From a virus (lineage: Duplodnaviria; Caudoviricetes): a stretch of DNA of 30,034 bases. Below, in pieces: positions 18,166-26,076 of this stretch (positions are counted from its first letter, which is position 1; each line of letters begins with the position of its first letter). The stretch lies in IMG/VR virus record IMGVR_UViG_3300044477_000211, positions 1 to 30,034 of that record, one strand, 5' to 3'. The notes beneath the pieces are model-generated. The model saw only the letters and a program-made list of their open reading frames with translations. It had not been told where the DNA came from and did not search any database. Made by a program: the position numbers and the translations under genes.

Positions 18166-18582
18166 ATGTTTTTATTAGCTGAAGATCTTAAAAGTGTAAT
18201 TTATCAATATCAAATTGAATCAATTACTGAAAATGACCCAACCATTGTGGACATTGCAATTAATGCTGCCATCGAAGAGGTCAAATCTTACTTATTATCG
18301 AAGTATAATGTATCTTCCATTTTTGGAGCTACAGGATCAGACAGGCATCCTTTGATATTAGAATTTTGCAAAGATGTGACTCTTTGGCAAATTATAAAGC
18401 TTTCAAATCCGGACATTATTTATGAAAAAGTAAAAGACCGGTACGATAGGGCAATTGACTTTTTAAACAGAGCTGCGCGTGGATCAGTCGCTCTTGATGC
18501 TCCATTGGCTATTGATCAAGATGGTAAAGAGGCAAGTTCATTGAGAGGTGGATCGATGCCCAAATGTGATTATGGTTATTAA
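18166..18582 (+). CDS. Mu gp36-like (DUF1320) head-tail adaptor
   Basis: AIEEVKSYL..KY, R.P.IL....D, RYDRAIDFL motifs; 138 aa. Confidence 0.85.
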   Translation: MFLLAEDLKSVIYQYQIESITENDPTIVDIAINAAIEEVKSYLLSKYNVSSIFGATGSDRHPLILEFCKDVTLWQIIKLSNPDIIYEKVKDRYDRAIDFLNRAARGSVALDAPLAIDQDGKEASSLRGGSMPKCDYGY

Positions 18583-18591
18583 TATTATGAT

Positions 18592-19755
18592 ATGAAAAAG
18601 GAATTAAAAAAGTTATTGGTTGAGCTAAAGCTAAATGCAGATAACCTTACAAAAAAAGATATTGCCTTTTGGCGTAAAGCATGGCAGATGGCTATTAATC
18701 CGGAAAACCCTTACCGTGGGCACCTGTACGATGTTTATACAGATGTAACTATAGATCTTCACCTTTCCGGGTGTATTGATCAACGTATGGGAATGGTTCA
18801 AAAGAAAGCTTTTAAATTAGTTGATAAAAATGGGAAAGAGAACGAAGAGATAACAGCATTATTTGAATCTGAGTGGTTTAAAGAATTTTGCTTATATGCT
18901 CTTGAATCTCGTTATTGGGGTTACTCACTTATTCAATTCAATGAAATTGTGTATGGTGAGAAAATGATGTACAGCTCTGTTGAATTAATTCCACGTAAGC
19001 ACGTGATTCCTGAGTTTGAAGTGATTGTTCAATCTGTCGGAGATGATCCCAAGAGAGGAATTTCATATACCAAATCTGATGTCGCTAATTGGTGTATTGG
19101 AGTTGGCAAGCCTAAAGATCTTGGGTTGCTTCTTAAATGTTCCCCTTCAGCTTTGTCAAAAAAGAATATGCTAGCATACTGGGATGCCTTTGGCGAGATC
19201 TTTGGCATGCCGATCCGGATCGGTACCACAAACTCAAGAGATCCAAAGGACTTAACAAAAATGGAAAAGTACTTGGCCGATATGGGTGCTGCAGGTTGGG
19301 GATTGTTTCCTGAAGGGACAACTATTGAGTACAAAGAAACAAGTCGGGGTGATGCTTTTGAAGTTTATGATCGCAGAATTGAGAGAGCAAATTCAGAGCT
19401 TTCAAAAGGTGTACTTAATCAAACCATGACCATAGATAACGGATCATCCAAGTCACAATCTGAAACTCACCTCGATGTTTTTAAAAATCTAATCGAAAAG
19501 GATGCTGATATGCTTCGCGATGTGATCAACTGGAAGCTGATCCCATTAATGATCAAACATGGTTTTCCTGTGTCCGGATATCAATTCGATTGGGAAGAGT
19601 CTGTTGATTGGACTCCTGAGCAACAAATCAAAATTGAGGAGATGCTTTTAGGCTCTTACGAAATAGATCCTAAATACTTTGCAGAAAAGTACAACATTAA
19701 CATTCTTAATGTAAAACAACCTCAAAAAAAATTATCTGACAATTTTTTCGACTAA
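18592..19755 (+). CDS. Portal protein (Mu gp29-like, DUF935)
   Basis: DLHLSGCI, YWGYSLI, GLL, W..F.EIFGMPIRIG, NSELSKGVL.QTMT, SQSETH motifs; ends NFFD*. Confidence 0.9.
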   Translation: MKKELKKLLVELKLNADNLTKKDIAFWRKAWQMAINPENPYRGHLYDVYTDVTIDLHLSGCIDQRMGMVQKKAFKLVDKNGKENEEITALFESEWFKEFCLYALESRYWGYSLIQFNEIVYGEKMMYSSVELIPRKHVIPEFEVIVQSVGDDPKRGISYTKSDVANWCIGVGKPKDLGLLLKCSPSALSKKNMLAYWDAFGEIFGMPIRIGTTNSRDPKDLTKMEKYLADMGAAGWGLFPEGTTIEYKETSRGDAFEVYDRRIERANSELSKGVLNQTMTIDNGSSKSQSETHLDVFKNLIEKDADMLRDVINWKLIPLMIKHGFPVSGYQFDWEESVDWTPEQQIKIEEMLLGSYEIDPKYFAEKYNINILNVKQPQKKLSDNFFD

Positions 19756-19772
19756 GGGCGAGCAAATCGCCC
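19743..19772 (+). promoter_or_regulatory. Putative programmed -1 ribosomal frameshift signal (portal to MuF)
   Basis: T_TTT_TTC 19743-19749, spacer GACTAA, hairpin GGGCGA-GCAAA-TCGCCC 19756-19772; -1 frame open 19740-21074. Confidence 0.7.
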
Positions 19773-21074
19773 GCAAAATTCAAACTCTTACATGAAGCTT
19801 TAACCAATCTTTATGAAATCAATCCGGAGCATCCTTTATCTGATGACAATGATATACCTGATTTTAATCCTGATGTTTTTCAGCGTACTGTTAAATGGGT
19901 ATTTGATAAAAAGGAATATTCACCGGAGATGCTCACAGATCCTCAGGCGATTGAATATATTGACGAAACATTCCGGGTATTAAATAAACCACTCCAGGAT
20001 ATCAGCTTGACTCAAAAAATTCCGGTTGAACTAACTGCAGCTCTTGAGCAAAATACATTCATATTTTCAGGCTTTAAAACGGACAAAGCTCTTACTGAAG
20101 TATCACAACTTTTAATCGGTAAAGACGGCGGTTTTAAGCCGTTTAAAGACTTTTTAAACGATGTTCAAAAGATAGACCAGGTATATAATAAAAACTACCT
20201 AAACGCCGAATATAACTTAGCTGTTCAATCAGTTCAAATGGCACTCAAATGGAAAGAGTTTGTTAAAGATGGAGACAATTATGATCTTCAGTATAGAACA
20301 GCATTTGATGAAAAGGTTCGTGAGGAGCATCGCCCATTGCACGCAATCACGCTTCCGGTGTCAGATCCTTTCTGGAGGAAATACTTTCCACCAAATGGAT
20401 GGGGATGTCGGTGCACTGTTGTGCAAGTGAGAAAAGGTAAATATGCAGTATCCAATCCGGAAGAGGCAATGAAAGCTGGAGACGCTGCAACTGAAAAACC
20501 AAAGCAGCAGATCTTCAGATTCAATCCCGGAGCTGAAGAGAAAATCTTTCCAAAAAAGCATCCTTATTTTCCAAAGAATTGTGGTGACTGTGATCTTACA
20601 AATATAAAGCTCATTTTTGATAGTGAAAGAGCTATTTGTAGAGCATGTAAAAAATTAGATAAAGCAATTGTTAAATGGTCTAGAGATCGCATAAGAGAGC
20701 ACTACAAAAAACTTTTGAAAAATAATGAAACTTGGAATATTAATAATAAATATTTAAAGCAGCTAACAATATCTCATAAAGATATTGAAACAATAAGTGG
20801 AAAACCACATGATTATCCATACGCAAGAAATCTCTCTGTTTTTTATTTAAAGCAGATTGCTGAAAGGGCAAAATATTTAGGTTGGTCGGATGATATAAAA
20901 CAAAGCTATCCTCAGCATAAGGATATCACTGCATGGAAATACTACGAATTTGATTTATTAGGTTCAAAGTCTATTCTTATTGTCAAAGAATTTAAAGATG
21001 GCACTTGTAGACCACACCACATTCAAGATTCAAACCACTTCAATTATGAAAAAATAAAATATCCTCATAAATAA
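19749..21074 (+). CDS. MuF (gp30/SPP1 gp7-like) head morphogenesis protein with C-terminal extension; first ATG 19929 but frame open from 19740
   Basis: FSGFKT, YL.AEY, LQYRT..D.KVR.EH..LH, PPNGWGCRC, FRFNPG, HPYF; then CxxC...CxxC and ~140 extra aa. Confidence 0.88.
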   Translation, partial: RLRASKSPAKFKLLHEALTNLYEINPEHPLSDDNDIPDFNPDVFQRTVKWVFDKKEYSPEMLTDPQAIEYIDETFRVLNKPLQDISLTQKIPVELTAALEQNTFIFSGFKTDKALTEVSQLLIGKDGGFKPFKDFLNDVQKIDQVYNKNYLNAEYNLAVQSVQMALKWKEFVKDGDNYDLQYRTAFDEKVREEHRPLHAITLPVSDPFWRKYFPPNGWGCRCTVVQVRKGKYAVSNPEEAMKAGDAATEKPKQQIFRFNPGAEEKIFPKKHPYFPKNCGDCDLTNIKLIFDSERAICRACKKLDKAIVKWSRDRIREHYKKLLKNNETWNINNKYLKQLTISHKDIETISGKPHDYPYARNLSVFYLKQIAERAKYLGWSDDIKQSYPQHKDITAWKYYEFDLLGSKSILIVKEFKDGTCRPHHIQDSNHFNYEKIKYPHK

Positions 21075-21130
21075 CTTCTCAGCAACGCACGCTGTACTTC
21101 GATATTCACAAGGATATTTCTGCAAAAATA
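21051..21130 (-). ncRNA. Candidate antisense small RNA (~65 nt) with own promoter over MuF 3' end
   Basis: TATTTTTG 21130-21123; 17-bp stem 21119-21103/21074-21058 whose 3 G:U pairs form only on the minus strand; U-rich tail. Confidence 0.5.
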
Positions 21131-21139
21131 CAAAAAAAA

Positions 21140-21685
21140 ATGAATAATGCAACAGATGCTATAAAAAATATTATCGAGGATCTAAAGGTTGAACTTCTAG
21201 ATGAATTCGATCGCAATTTTGAGCGAGGTGCATTCTTCACTAAAAAATGGGACGCAAAATATACCGGTGAAGCTTCAAACCTTATCAAGACCGGGAAGCT
21301 TCGAAGATCAATAATGACTACCTCAACTGAAAGCTCACTCAGTTTTACATCTTCAGAAGTTTATGCAGCGATTCATAATTACGGTGGTGAGATCACTGTA
21401 ACAGATAAAATGAAGCGCTTTTTTTGGGCTAAGTATTATGAAGCCGGTGGTGGATCAGTAGCAACTGCAAACGGGAAACAAAGCAAATCAAAGGGTGCAG
21501 TAAAAGCGAATAAAATAGCTGAAGCATACAAAGGATTAGCACTAAAACCTGTCGGCTCAAAAATAAAGATACCAAGGAGGATGTTTGTTGGATGGTCACC
21601 TGAAGCAAAAGAAATTGTTGTATCAACAATTAAACAATATATGAAAGAAGAAATTATAGTATCAATTAAAAATGCAGCAAAATGA
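21140..21685 (+). CDS. Phage virion morphogenesis protein (Mu gpG-like neck protein)
   Basis: FDRNF, L..TG.LRRSI, YAAIHNYGG, IPRRMFVG motifs. Confidence 0.88.
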   Translation: MNNATDAIKNIIEDLKVELLDEFDRNFERGAFFTKKWDAKYTGEASNLIKTGKLRRSIMTTSTESSLSFTSSEVYAAIHNYGGEITVTDKMKRFFWAKYYEAGGGSVATANGKQSKSKGAVKANKIAEAYKGLALKPVGSKIKIPRRMFVGWSPEAKEIVVSTIKQYMKEEIIVSIKNAAK

Positions 21686-22104
21686 AAACAATTTTAAAAG
21701 CAATTCAAGACCGTTTAAAGACCATTTCAACAATAAAATATATTGACAAAGATTGGGGCCAATTAGGCTATGAGCAGCCACCAGTTCAGTTCCCTTGCGC
21801 ACTGCTCGACATGGTTAATGCCGACTTCGATCTATTATCTGAAAATGCACAGGAAGGAGACTGTTCCATTGTTGTGACCCTTGCAATTGACAGGACCGCA
21901 CCAACATCCGGAAACGCTTCCGGGAACGCAGACTCCTACAAAATTTTTGATCTTATCGAAAAAGTACATGAAAAGTTGAACCAATTCGAGGGGAATCATT
22001 TCCAATCACTTCAGAGATCAAACATTAAAAAAGTGTATTCAGATAAAAAGTACGAGATCTACACAGTAACTTATATGACTCAGATCTATACTGATTTGGA
22101 ATAA
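21682..22104 (+). CDS. Mu gp37-like tail terminator/completion protein
   Basis: YIDKDWGQL, PPVQFPCALLD, V...L..F; follows gpG-like gene. Confidence 0.7.
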   Translation: MKTILKAIQDRLKTISTIKYIDKDWGQLGYEQPPVQFPCALLDMVNADFDLLSENAQEGDCSIVVTLAIDRTAPTSGNASGNADSYKIFDLIEKVHEKLNQFEGNHFQSLQRSNIKKVYSDKKYEIYTVTYMTQIYTDLE

Positions 22105-22183
22105 AAAACGATGCCCCTAATCAAACGATTTTGGGGCATCTAGTCACACTGTGAATTACATGGAGTAATTCGGGGCAAAGATA
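22103..22183 (-). ncRNA. Candidate stand-alone small RNA (~70 nt) with promoter and terminator
   Basis: TATCTTTG 22183-22176; hairpin GAATTAC/GTAATTC 22171-22153; terminator GATGCCCC/GGGGCATC 22140-22110 plus U6. Confidence 0.55.
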
Positions 22184-22186
22184 ATA

Positions 22187-22216
22187 AAAAAAGGCACTCA
22201 ATCGAGTGCCTTTTTT
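22187..22216. terminator. Bidirectional intrinsic terminator between convergent operons
   Basis: AAAAAAGGCACTC-AATC-GAGTGCCTTTTTT perfect palindrome with A/T tracts on both sides. Confidence 0.85.
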
Positions 22217-22240
22217 ACTTCAGGTGTATAGATAAACATA

Positions 22241-22483
22241 TTAAGGGTGTTCCCTCCGTTCACATCCACCAACTGCTACTTGAACTGTTCCTGGTTCAAT
22301 AACCATTTCTCCTATTTCAATACGTCCCTCATCAAACCACTCAACGTCTCCTCTTTTCATATCAGAACTAACTGGTGGTGTAATAGCATACTGAGCGCAT
22401 CCATACATGTAATTGACTTTTGCTGTAATGACTCCTGAGAATCCTGTTACTTTGTCTGTACCTTTTTTGCCAAAATTTTCCAT
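22241..22483 (-). CDS. Hypothetical phage protein (SH3-like pattern)
   Basis: G....D.VTGF.GVITA...Y.YGC.QY...P...WFDEGR, a pattern I recall from small phage proteins. Confidence 0.7.
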   Translation of the reverse strand: MENFGKKGTDKVTGFSGVITAKVNYMYGCAQYAITPPVSSDMKRGDVEWFDEGRIEIGEMVIEPGTVQVAVGGCERREHP

Positions 22484-22536
22484 ATTATTTGTGAGTTTTA
22501 CAAAGCCCGCTCAAGGCTATATTGATTCTATTTTCT

Positions 22537-22665
22537 TTAATAAATTCTTAACTTTTCTATTATCCACCAAAACAATCTGCTTTTACGTTTTAGCTTTCCA
22601 TTAGAGAAAATTATCTTACTTATTCTTTTGGTATGATAAACATATTTTTCAACTGAATCTTCCAT
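22537..22665 (-). CDS. Small basic ORF (42 aa) below ORF-track cutoff
   Basis: MEDSVEKYVYHTKRISKIIFSNGKLKRKSRLFWWIIEKLRIY*, A-rich leader, fills operon gap. Confidence 0.4.
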   Translation of the reverse strand: MEDSVEKYVYHTKRISKIIFSNGKLKRKSRLFWWIIEKLRIY

Positions 22666-22679
22666 TTTGCTTTAATTTT

Positions 22680-22937
22680 TTATTTATGATACTTATACGG
22701 CCGCTGCCACTGCTTACGTTGTCGTCTCCCTTTTGGAAAATAGAAGTCATCATCACAAACCCGTTGGTCTATTAACAGATGCGTTACCGGCTCCGGCTTT
22801 TGTGGTACCGGAACTGGATCAGAACAAACAATAACCGTTACTGATTTTTCTGTTTTCAATACTTCTTCTACTAAAGCTCTAGTATTCTCACCGCAAAGTG
22901 ATTTACCTACAATTATAACTCTTCTCTCTCTATTCAT
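22680..22937 (-). CDS. Hypothetical protein
   Basis: 85 aa, basic C-terminus, co-oriented and tightly packed. Confidence 0.55.
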   Translation of the reverse strand: MNRERRVIIVGKSLCGENTRALVEEVLKTEKSVTVIVCSDPVPVPQKPEPVTHLLIDQRVCDDDFYFPKGRRQRKQWQRPYKYHK

Positions 22938-22943
22938 AACCTT

Positions 22944-23306
22944 TTATCTATAATTAATTACTTTTGCCCATTCCGGTAATTCCCATACTTCTGAATCATA
23001 GCATGAGTGATGTTTTTCAATTACCTTCTCTTCTAAACATTTCTCACAATAATAATAGTCAGCATGATAGTATTCTCTTGAATTACGGCCGCAAGATCTT
23101 CCATACTCAATTGATCTGCTATACACCCATTTGTGCTCACACTCAGACTCATCTTTTGTTAAAAATACTATCTGTTTATTTAATATTTGTGCTGCTTTTA
23201 AACCGATAGTATCCCAGTCTGTATTCTTTCCTTTTCTATCAATAATACAGTTGAATGATCTTATCAAATCATTTGCTTCCTGTATTAGTTCTAATTCTTT
23301 ACTCAT
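22944..23306 (-). CDS. Hypothetical protein with CxH...CxxC putative Zn ribbon
   Basis: CEHKW...YYCEKC. Confidence 0.6.
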   Translation of the reverse strand: MSKELELIQEANDLIRSFNCIIDRKGKNTDWDTIGLKAAQILNKQIVFLTKDESECEHKWVYSRSIEYGRSCGRNSREYYHADYYYCEKCLEEKVIEKHHSCYDSEVWELPEWAKVINYR

Positions 23307-23341
23307 CTTATTTGCATTTTTTATATCATTTTATTTAAACT

Positions 23342-23560
23342 TTACACCTCATTATATACTACCTCTTTACGCTGAAGATCAACCCTTGCTAATCCTAAAG
23401 ATATCAAAGCTCCATCGGCATGCATTTGATAATGGCAAAAGTCATATTTCATGCTCTGCTCAAAAAAATCTTTGGCAATCTCTTTATGTTCATCCGTAGG
23501 ATTTTTGGCAAGTCTTCTGAATATATTACCGAATAATTGTGCACTTGTGTAATCTGACAT
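23342..23560 (-). CDS. Hypothetical protein
   Basis: 72 aa with A/T-rich leader, co-oriented. Confidence 0.55.
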   Translation of the reverse strand: MSDYTSAQLFGNIFRRLAKNPTDEHKEIAKDFFEQSMKYDFCHYQMHADGALISLGLARVDLQRKEVVYNEV

Positions 23561-23578
23561 ATAATTTAATTTTTAAAT

Positions 23579-23851
23579 TTACTCTTCGACTTCAAACAAG
23601 CTCAACTGATTGGGCAACTCCTCCCGGCTCTCCTTCCGGATCCGTTGCTCCTCTTCAGCTTCAGCTAGTTGTTTTTCTATACCGCTCATGTTGATAATCT
23701 GCATGAACTTATTGTAAGACATGGGATAAACAGGATTAACATACATCCGCCAGATCGCAGCGTAAGGAGTCAATCCTTCGACAAAGTGTTGATTTACGAT
23801 ATCAATGATTAGTTTATATTGCTTCAATTTGTTAACCCTGTTAAATGCCAT
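23579..23851 (-). CDS. Small HTH-like protein, candidate late-gene activator (Mor/C positional analogue)
   Basis: IWRMYVNPVYPMSYNKFMQII helix-turn-helix-like segment; near end of conserved early block; function inferred. Confidence 0.5.
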   Translation of the reverse strand: MAFNRVNKLKQYKLIIDIVNQHFVEGLTPYAAIWRMYVNPVYPMSYNKFMQIINMSGIEKQLAEAEEEQRIRKESREELPNQLSLFEVEE

Positions 23852-23862
23852 TTTAATACTGT

Positions 23863-24225
23863 TTAAACGTTATTTTTATGTGAGTAATTAATCCGGATCT
23901 GCACCGCTCTCGAAACCTGAAGAGCAATCTGTTGATCATATAACATTCGATAAACAGTTTCCTCATAGGTTCCCATTTGCCTCATGGTATATCCAACATG
24001 CTTAATAAAAACAAAGAGCTCAACAGCGTTAAAACTGAAGCAATATTTGTTCTGAAGCTTGAATTTTTTAGAGTCAAATTTAACCAGGAAGTTCTCAAGA
24101 GTTTCCTTTTCAAAAAGAGATGGAAGGTCAACCACTTGAAATGAGGCAACCGCATAGCTAACTACGCGGTTGATCAGTTCGTATTCCTCCCTGCAGATCT
24201 TCAGTTGAAATCTCGTTAAAGCCAT
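23863..24225 (-). CDS. Hypothetical protein
   Basis: 120 aa overlapping upstream stop. Confidence 0.6.
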   Translation of the reverse strand: MALTRFQLKICREEYELINRVVSYAVASFQVVDLPSLFEKETLENFLVKFDSKKFKLQNKYCFSFNAVELFVFIKHVGYTMRQMGTYEETVYRMLYDQQIALQVSRAVQIRINYSHKNNV

Positions 24226-24644
24226 CGCTGTTGATTTAAATAAGTAGATCCATCACAATTACAACAGCCCGGCTTAATCGTTTGTGAATATTTCTGAATC
24301 TTATTATAAGCTTCAGCTCTGTTCGATTCGTTTAGTTTATTCCAGGCACGTTCTGCTGGTACCTTACCACCGGCGTTCTCAGATCCAAACTGTTTAAGCC
24401 ACTTTTTCCAAAAGGTTTCAAAGGTGACCTCCTCTTTCACTTCAGTAAGTTTTGATTTCGTACCTTTAGTGAGGAGTGGAATAGCTGATACGTCCTCAGT
24501 TGGGATTCTTGATATAATAGCCTTATGCTGCAGTGAGGTTAATTCTGCTCCGGAAAAGTCAAGGAGTGATAAATAGCCAAAATCATCATAAGCTATTTTA
24601 ATATGCCCGGTAAATTGTTCTGATGTTAATAGAAATGTTCTCAT
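24216..24644 (-). CDS. Hypothetical protein with replication-initiator-like C-terminal helical domain
   Basis: FETFWKKW...K..AERAWNKL...STYLNQQRW motif. Confidence 0.6.
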   Translation of the reverse strand: MRTFLLTSEQFTGHIKIAYDDFGYLSLLDFSGAELTSLQHKAIISRIPTEDVSAIPLLTKGTKSKLTEVKEEVTFETFWKKWLKQFGSENAGGKVPAERAWNKLNESNRAEAYNKIQKYSQTIKPGCCNCDGSTYLNQQRWL

Positions 24645-24928
24645 TTTTGATAAATAATTTTAAGTCCATAAATTTTAGCAAGCTCGTGCTCAATTCTTGC
24701 ACCTCTTGATTCTTTCCAGTCCTTGAGCATAAATATTGCGTTACAGGTGCTTAAATTTTCAATACACACTCGCATGCAACGCTCCCATGACCATCTCTGA
24801 GACGTGATCCTCATTGGATTAACAACTTCATGTCCCCTCTTTATCATCACAGCTTCAGGAACATTAAATTTAACGAACACTTTCCCCAAATCCTCACCGG
24901 TAACCTTACCTGCAATATAAATTTTCAT
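24641..24928 (-). CDS. DUF4406 family (nucleoside 2-deoxyribosyltransferase-like fold)
   Basis: KIYIAGKVTG, GHEVVNP, W...M..C...L..C.AI.ML.DW.ESRGARIEH.LA. Confidence 0.9.
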   Translation of the reverse strand: MKIYIAGKVTGEDLGKVFVKFNVPEAVMIKRGHEVVNPMRITSQRWSWERCMRVCIENLSTCNAIFMLKDWKESRGARIEHELAKIYGLKIIYQK

Positions 24929-24943
24929 AGTAGTTGTTTAAAT

Positions 24944-24964
24944 GGGTCGCCTGATCAGCGACCC
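24944..24964. other. Intergenic GC-rich hairpin
   Basis: GGGTCGC-CTGATCA-GCGACCC; no good U-tract, so perhaps an RNA stability/processing element. Confidence 0.5.
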
Positions 24965-24972
24965 GGTTCATA

Positions 24973-25236
24973 TTATTTTTTATCTGTATCAAGTTCCTGA
25001 AGACAATGACGACAACCATTATATCCCTTTTTAAGGAGCCTACGCATTTCAATTCTAGTGATATAACTACAATGAGTCATATTGTGGATGTGACACCTGG
25101 GATCACTTGTATCAATTTTATGGATCTCTTTGGTATGGTAATTAACAATATGAGTGAGTCGGGAATAATGAAATACTAAAGGAACTGCTACAATTACACC
25201 AATGATGGGTAAAACTATTGCTAAAAATAATTCCAT
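24973..25236 (-). CDS. Membrane-anchored protein with Ada-like Zn-binding motif
   Basis: N-terminal TM; N..TKEIH...C...GYNGCRHC. Confidence 0.55.
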   Translation of the reverse strand: MELFLAIVLPIIGVIVAVPLVFHYSRLTHIVNYHTKEIHKIDTSDPRCHIHNMTHCSYITRIEMRRLLKKGYNGCRHCLQELDTDKK

Positions 25237-25866
25237 TTAAACCTCCGATGTTGCTGAAAGTGGTACTGTAATCCATAGCCCGTGCTCATTCTTCTTTTCA
25301 GCAAGTATAAAAGTTGCTGATACTGTTGGTTTATGAGCTTTTTCAATGATCTCAACTGCATCCATCATTTTTTGATCATCTAGTTCAATTGCAATTTTTC
25401 TCAGCTGTAGGATCTTGGAAGCCTTTAACTCACCTTTTGCATTTTTGGACAGCAACTGAAGAACTACTTTTACCAATGCCCGGCTGTTATCATCAACAGC
25501 TAATTCCTCAATTCTTTGTTTTGCTAAATCAATCCCTGCAGTAATCGTATCGTCCCAATCATCCTTATATCTATTGCCGATTGTGATCCTACGATCGTTT
25601 TTCTCATTTGAAAACATGTGAGCCAAATTTTCATCCACACGCTCCCCATACAACTCACGCTTCAATGCAATCGCTGCATCAAAACTTTTATAACAATTTT
25701 GCTTCAGAGATGCAATTTGTTGAGAGATCATTTCAATGTGTGGAAACAAAATCTCAACTTGGGAATTAACCAAATTTTTATAAGTTTTGTAGTCTGCCTC
25801 ACGCTTTTGACGTGCTTCTTTTCTTTTTTGAGCTTCAATTTGCTCCGGGGTTTGTTCTTTTGACAT
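25237..25866 (-). CDS. DUF3164 family protein
   Basis: K.ELYG, RITIG...D.WDDT...GI, LL.K..KG.LKASKILQL, W..VPLS motifs typical in Mu-like early regions. Confidence 0.8.
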   Translation of the reverse strand: MSKEQTPEQIEAQKRKEARQKREADYKTYKNLVNSQVEILFPHIEMISQQIASLKQNCYKSFDAAIALKRELYGERVDENLAHMFSNEKNDRRITIGNRYKDDWDDTITAGIDLAKQRIEELAVDDNSRALVKVVLQLLSKNAKGELKASKILQLRKIAIELDDQKMMDAVEIIEKAHKPTVSATFILAEKKNEHGLWITVPLSATSEV

Positions 25867-25878
25867 AATTTGTGATAT

Positions 25879-26076
25879 TTAAGCGATTTCTTTGATTTTG
25901 TTGGCTAATTTATTAAGTTTTGAATCTATTATCATAAACAATAAGATCCGTTTTGTGGAGGCGATTTTAACGGCATTTAAATGCGCTAAAACTCCTGAGA
26001 ACTTTCTGATCAGAATATCATTGTCCCCATATAGATCTAATCTATTTTCCTGAGGATAGTAATTGGCGACTTTCAT
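25879..26076 (-). CDS. Hypothetical protein
   Basis: 65 aa, ATGA overlap with upstream gene. Confidence 0.55.
   Translation of the reverse strand: MKVANYYPQENRLDLYGDNDILIRKFSGVLAHLNAVKIASTKRILLFMIIDSKLNKLANKIKEIA

Noticed and set aside
19724-19739. A8 run (A_AAA_AAA) as the portal frameshift site
   Set aside because: A -1 slip here meets TGA at 19737-19739, so it cannot reach MuF.
1701-25863. Short opposite-strand or nested ORFs in the track (e.g. 1701-1901, 9720-10172, 16889-17218, 19029-19334, 21106-21288, 23131-23499)
   Set aside because: They shadow well-supported genes, have Ser/Ile/Phe-rich antisense composition and show no motifs.
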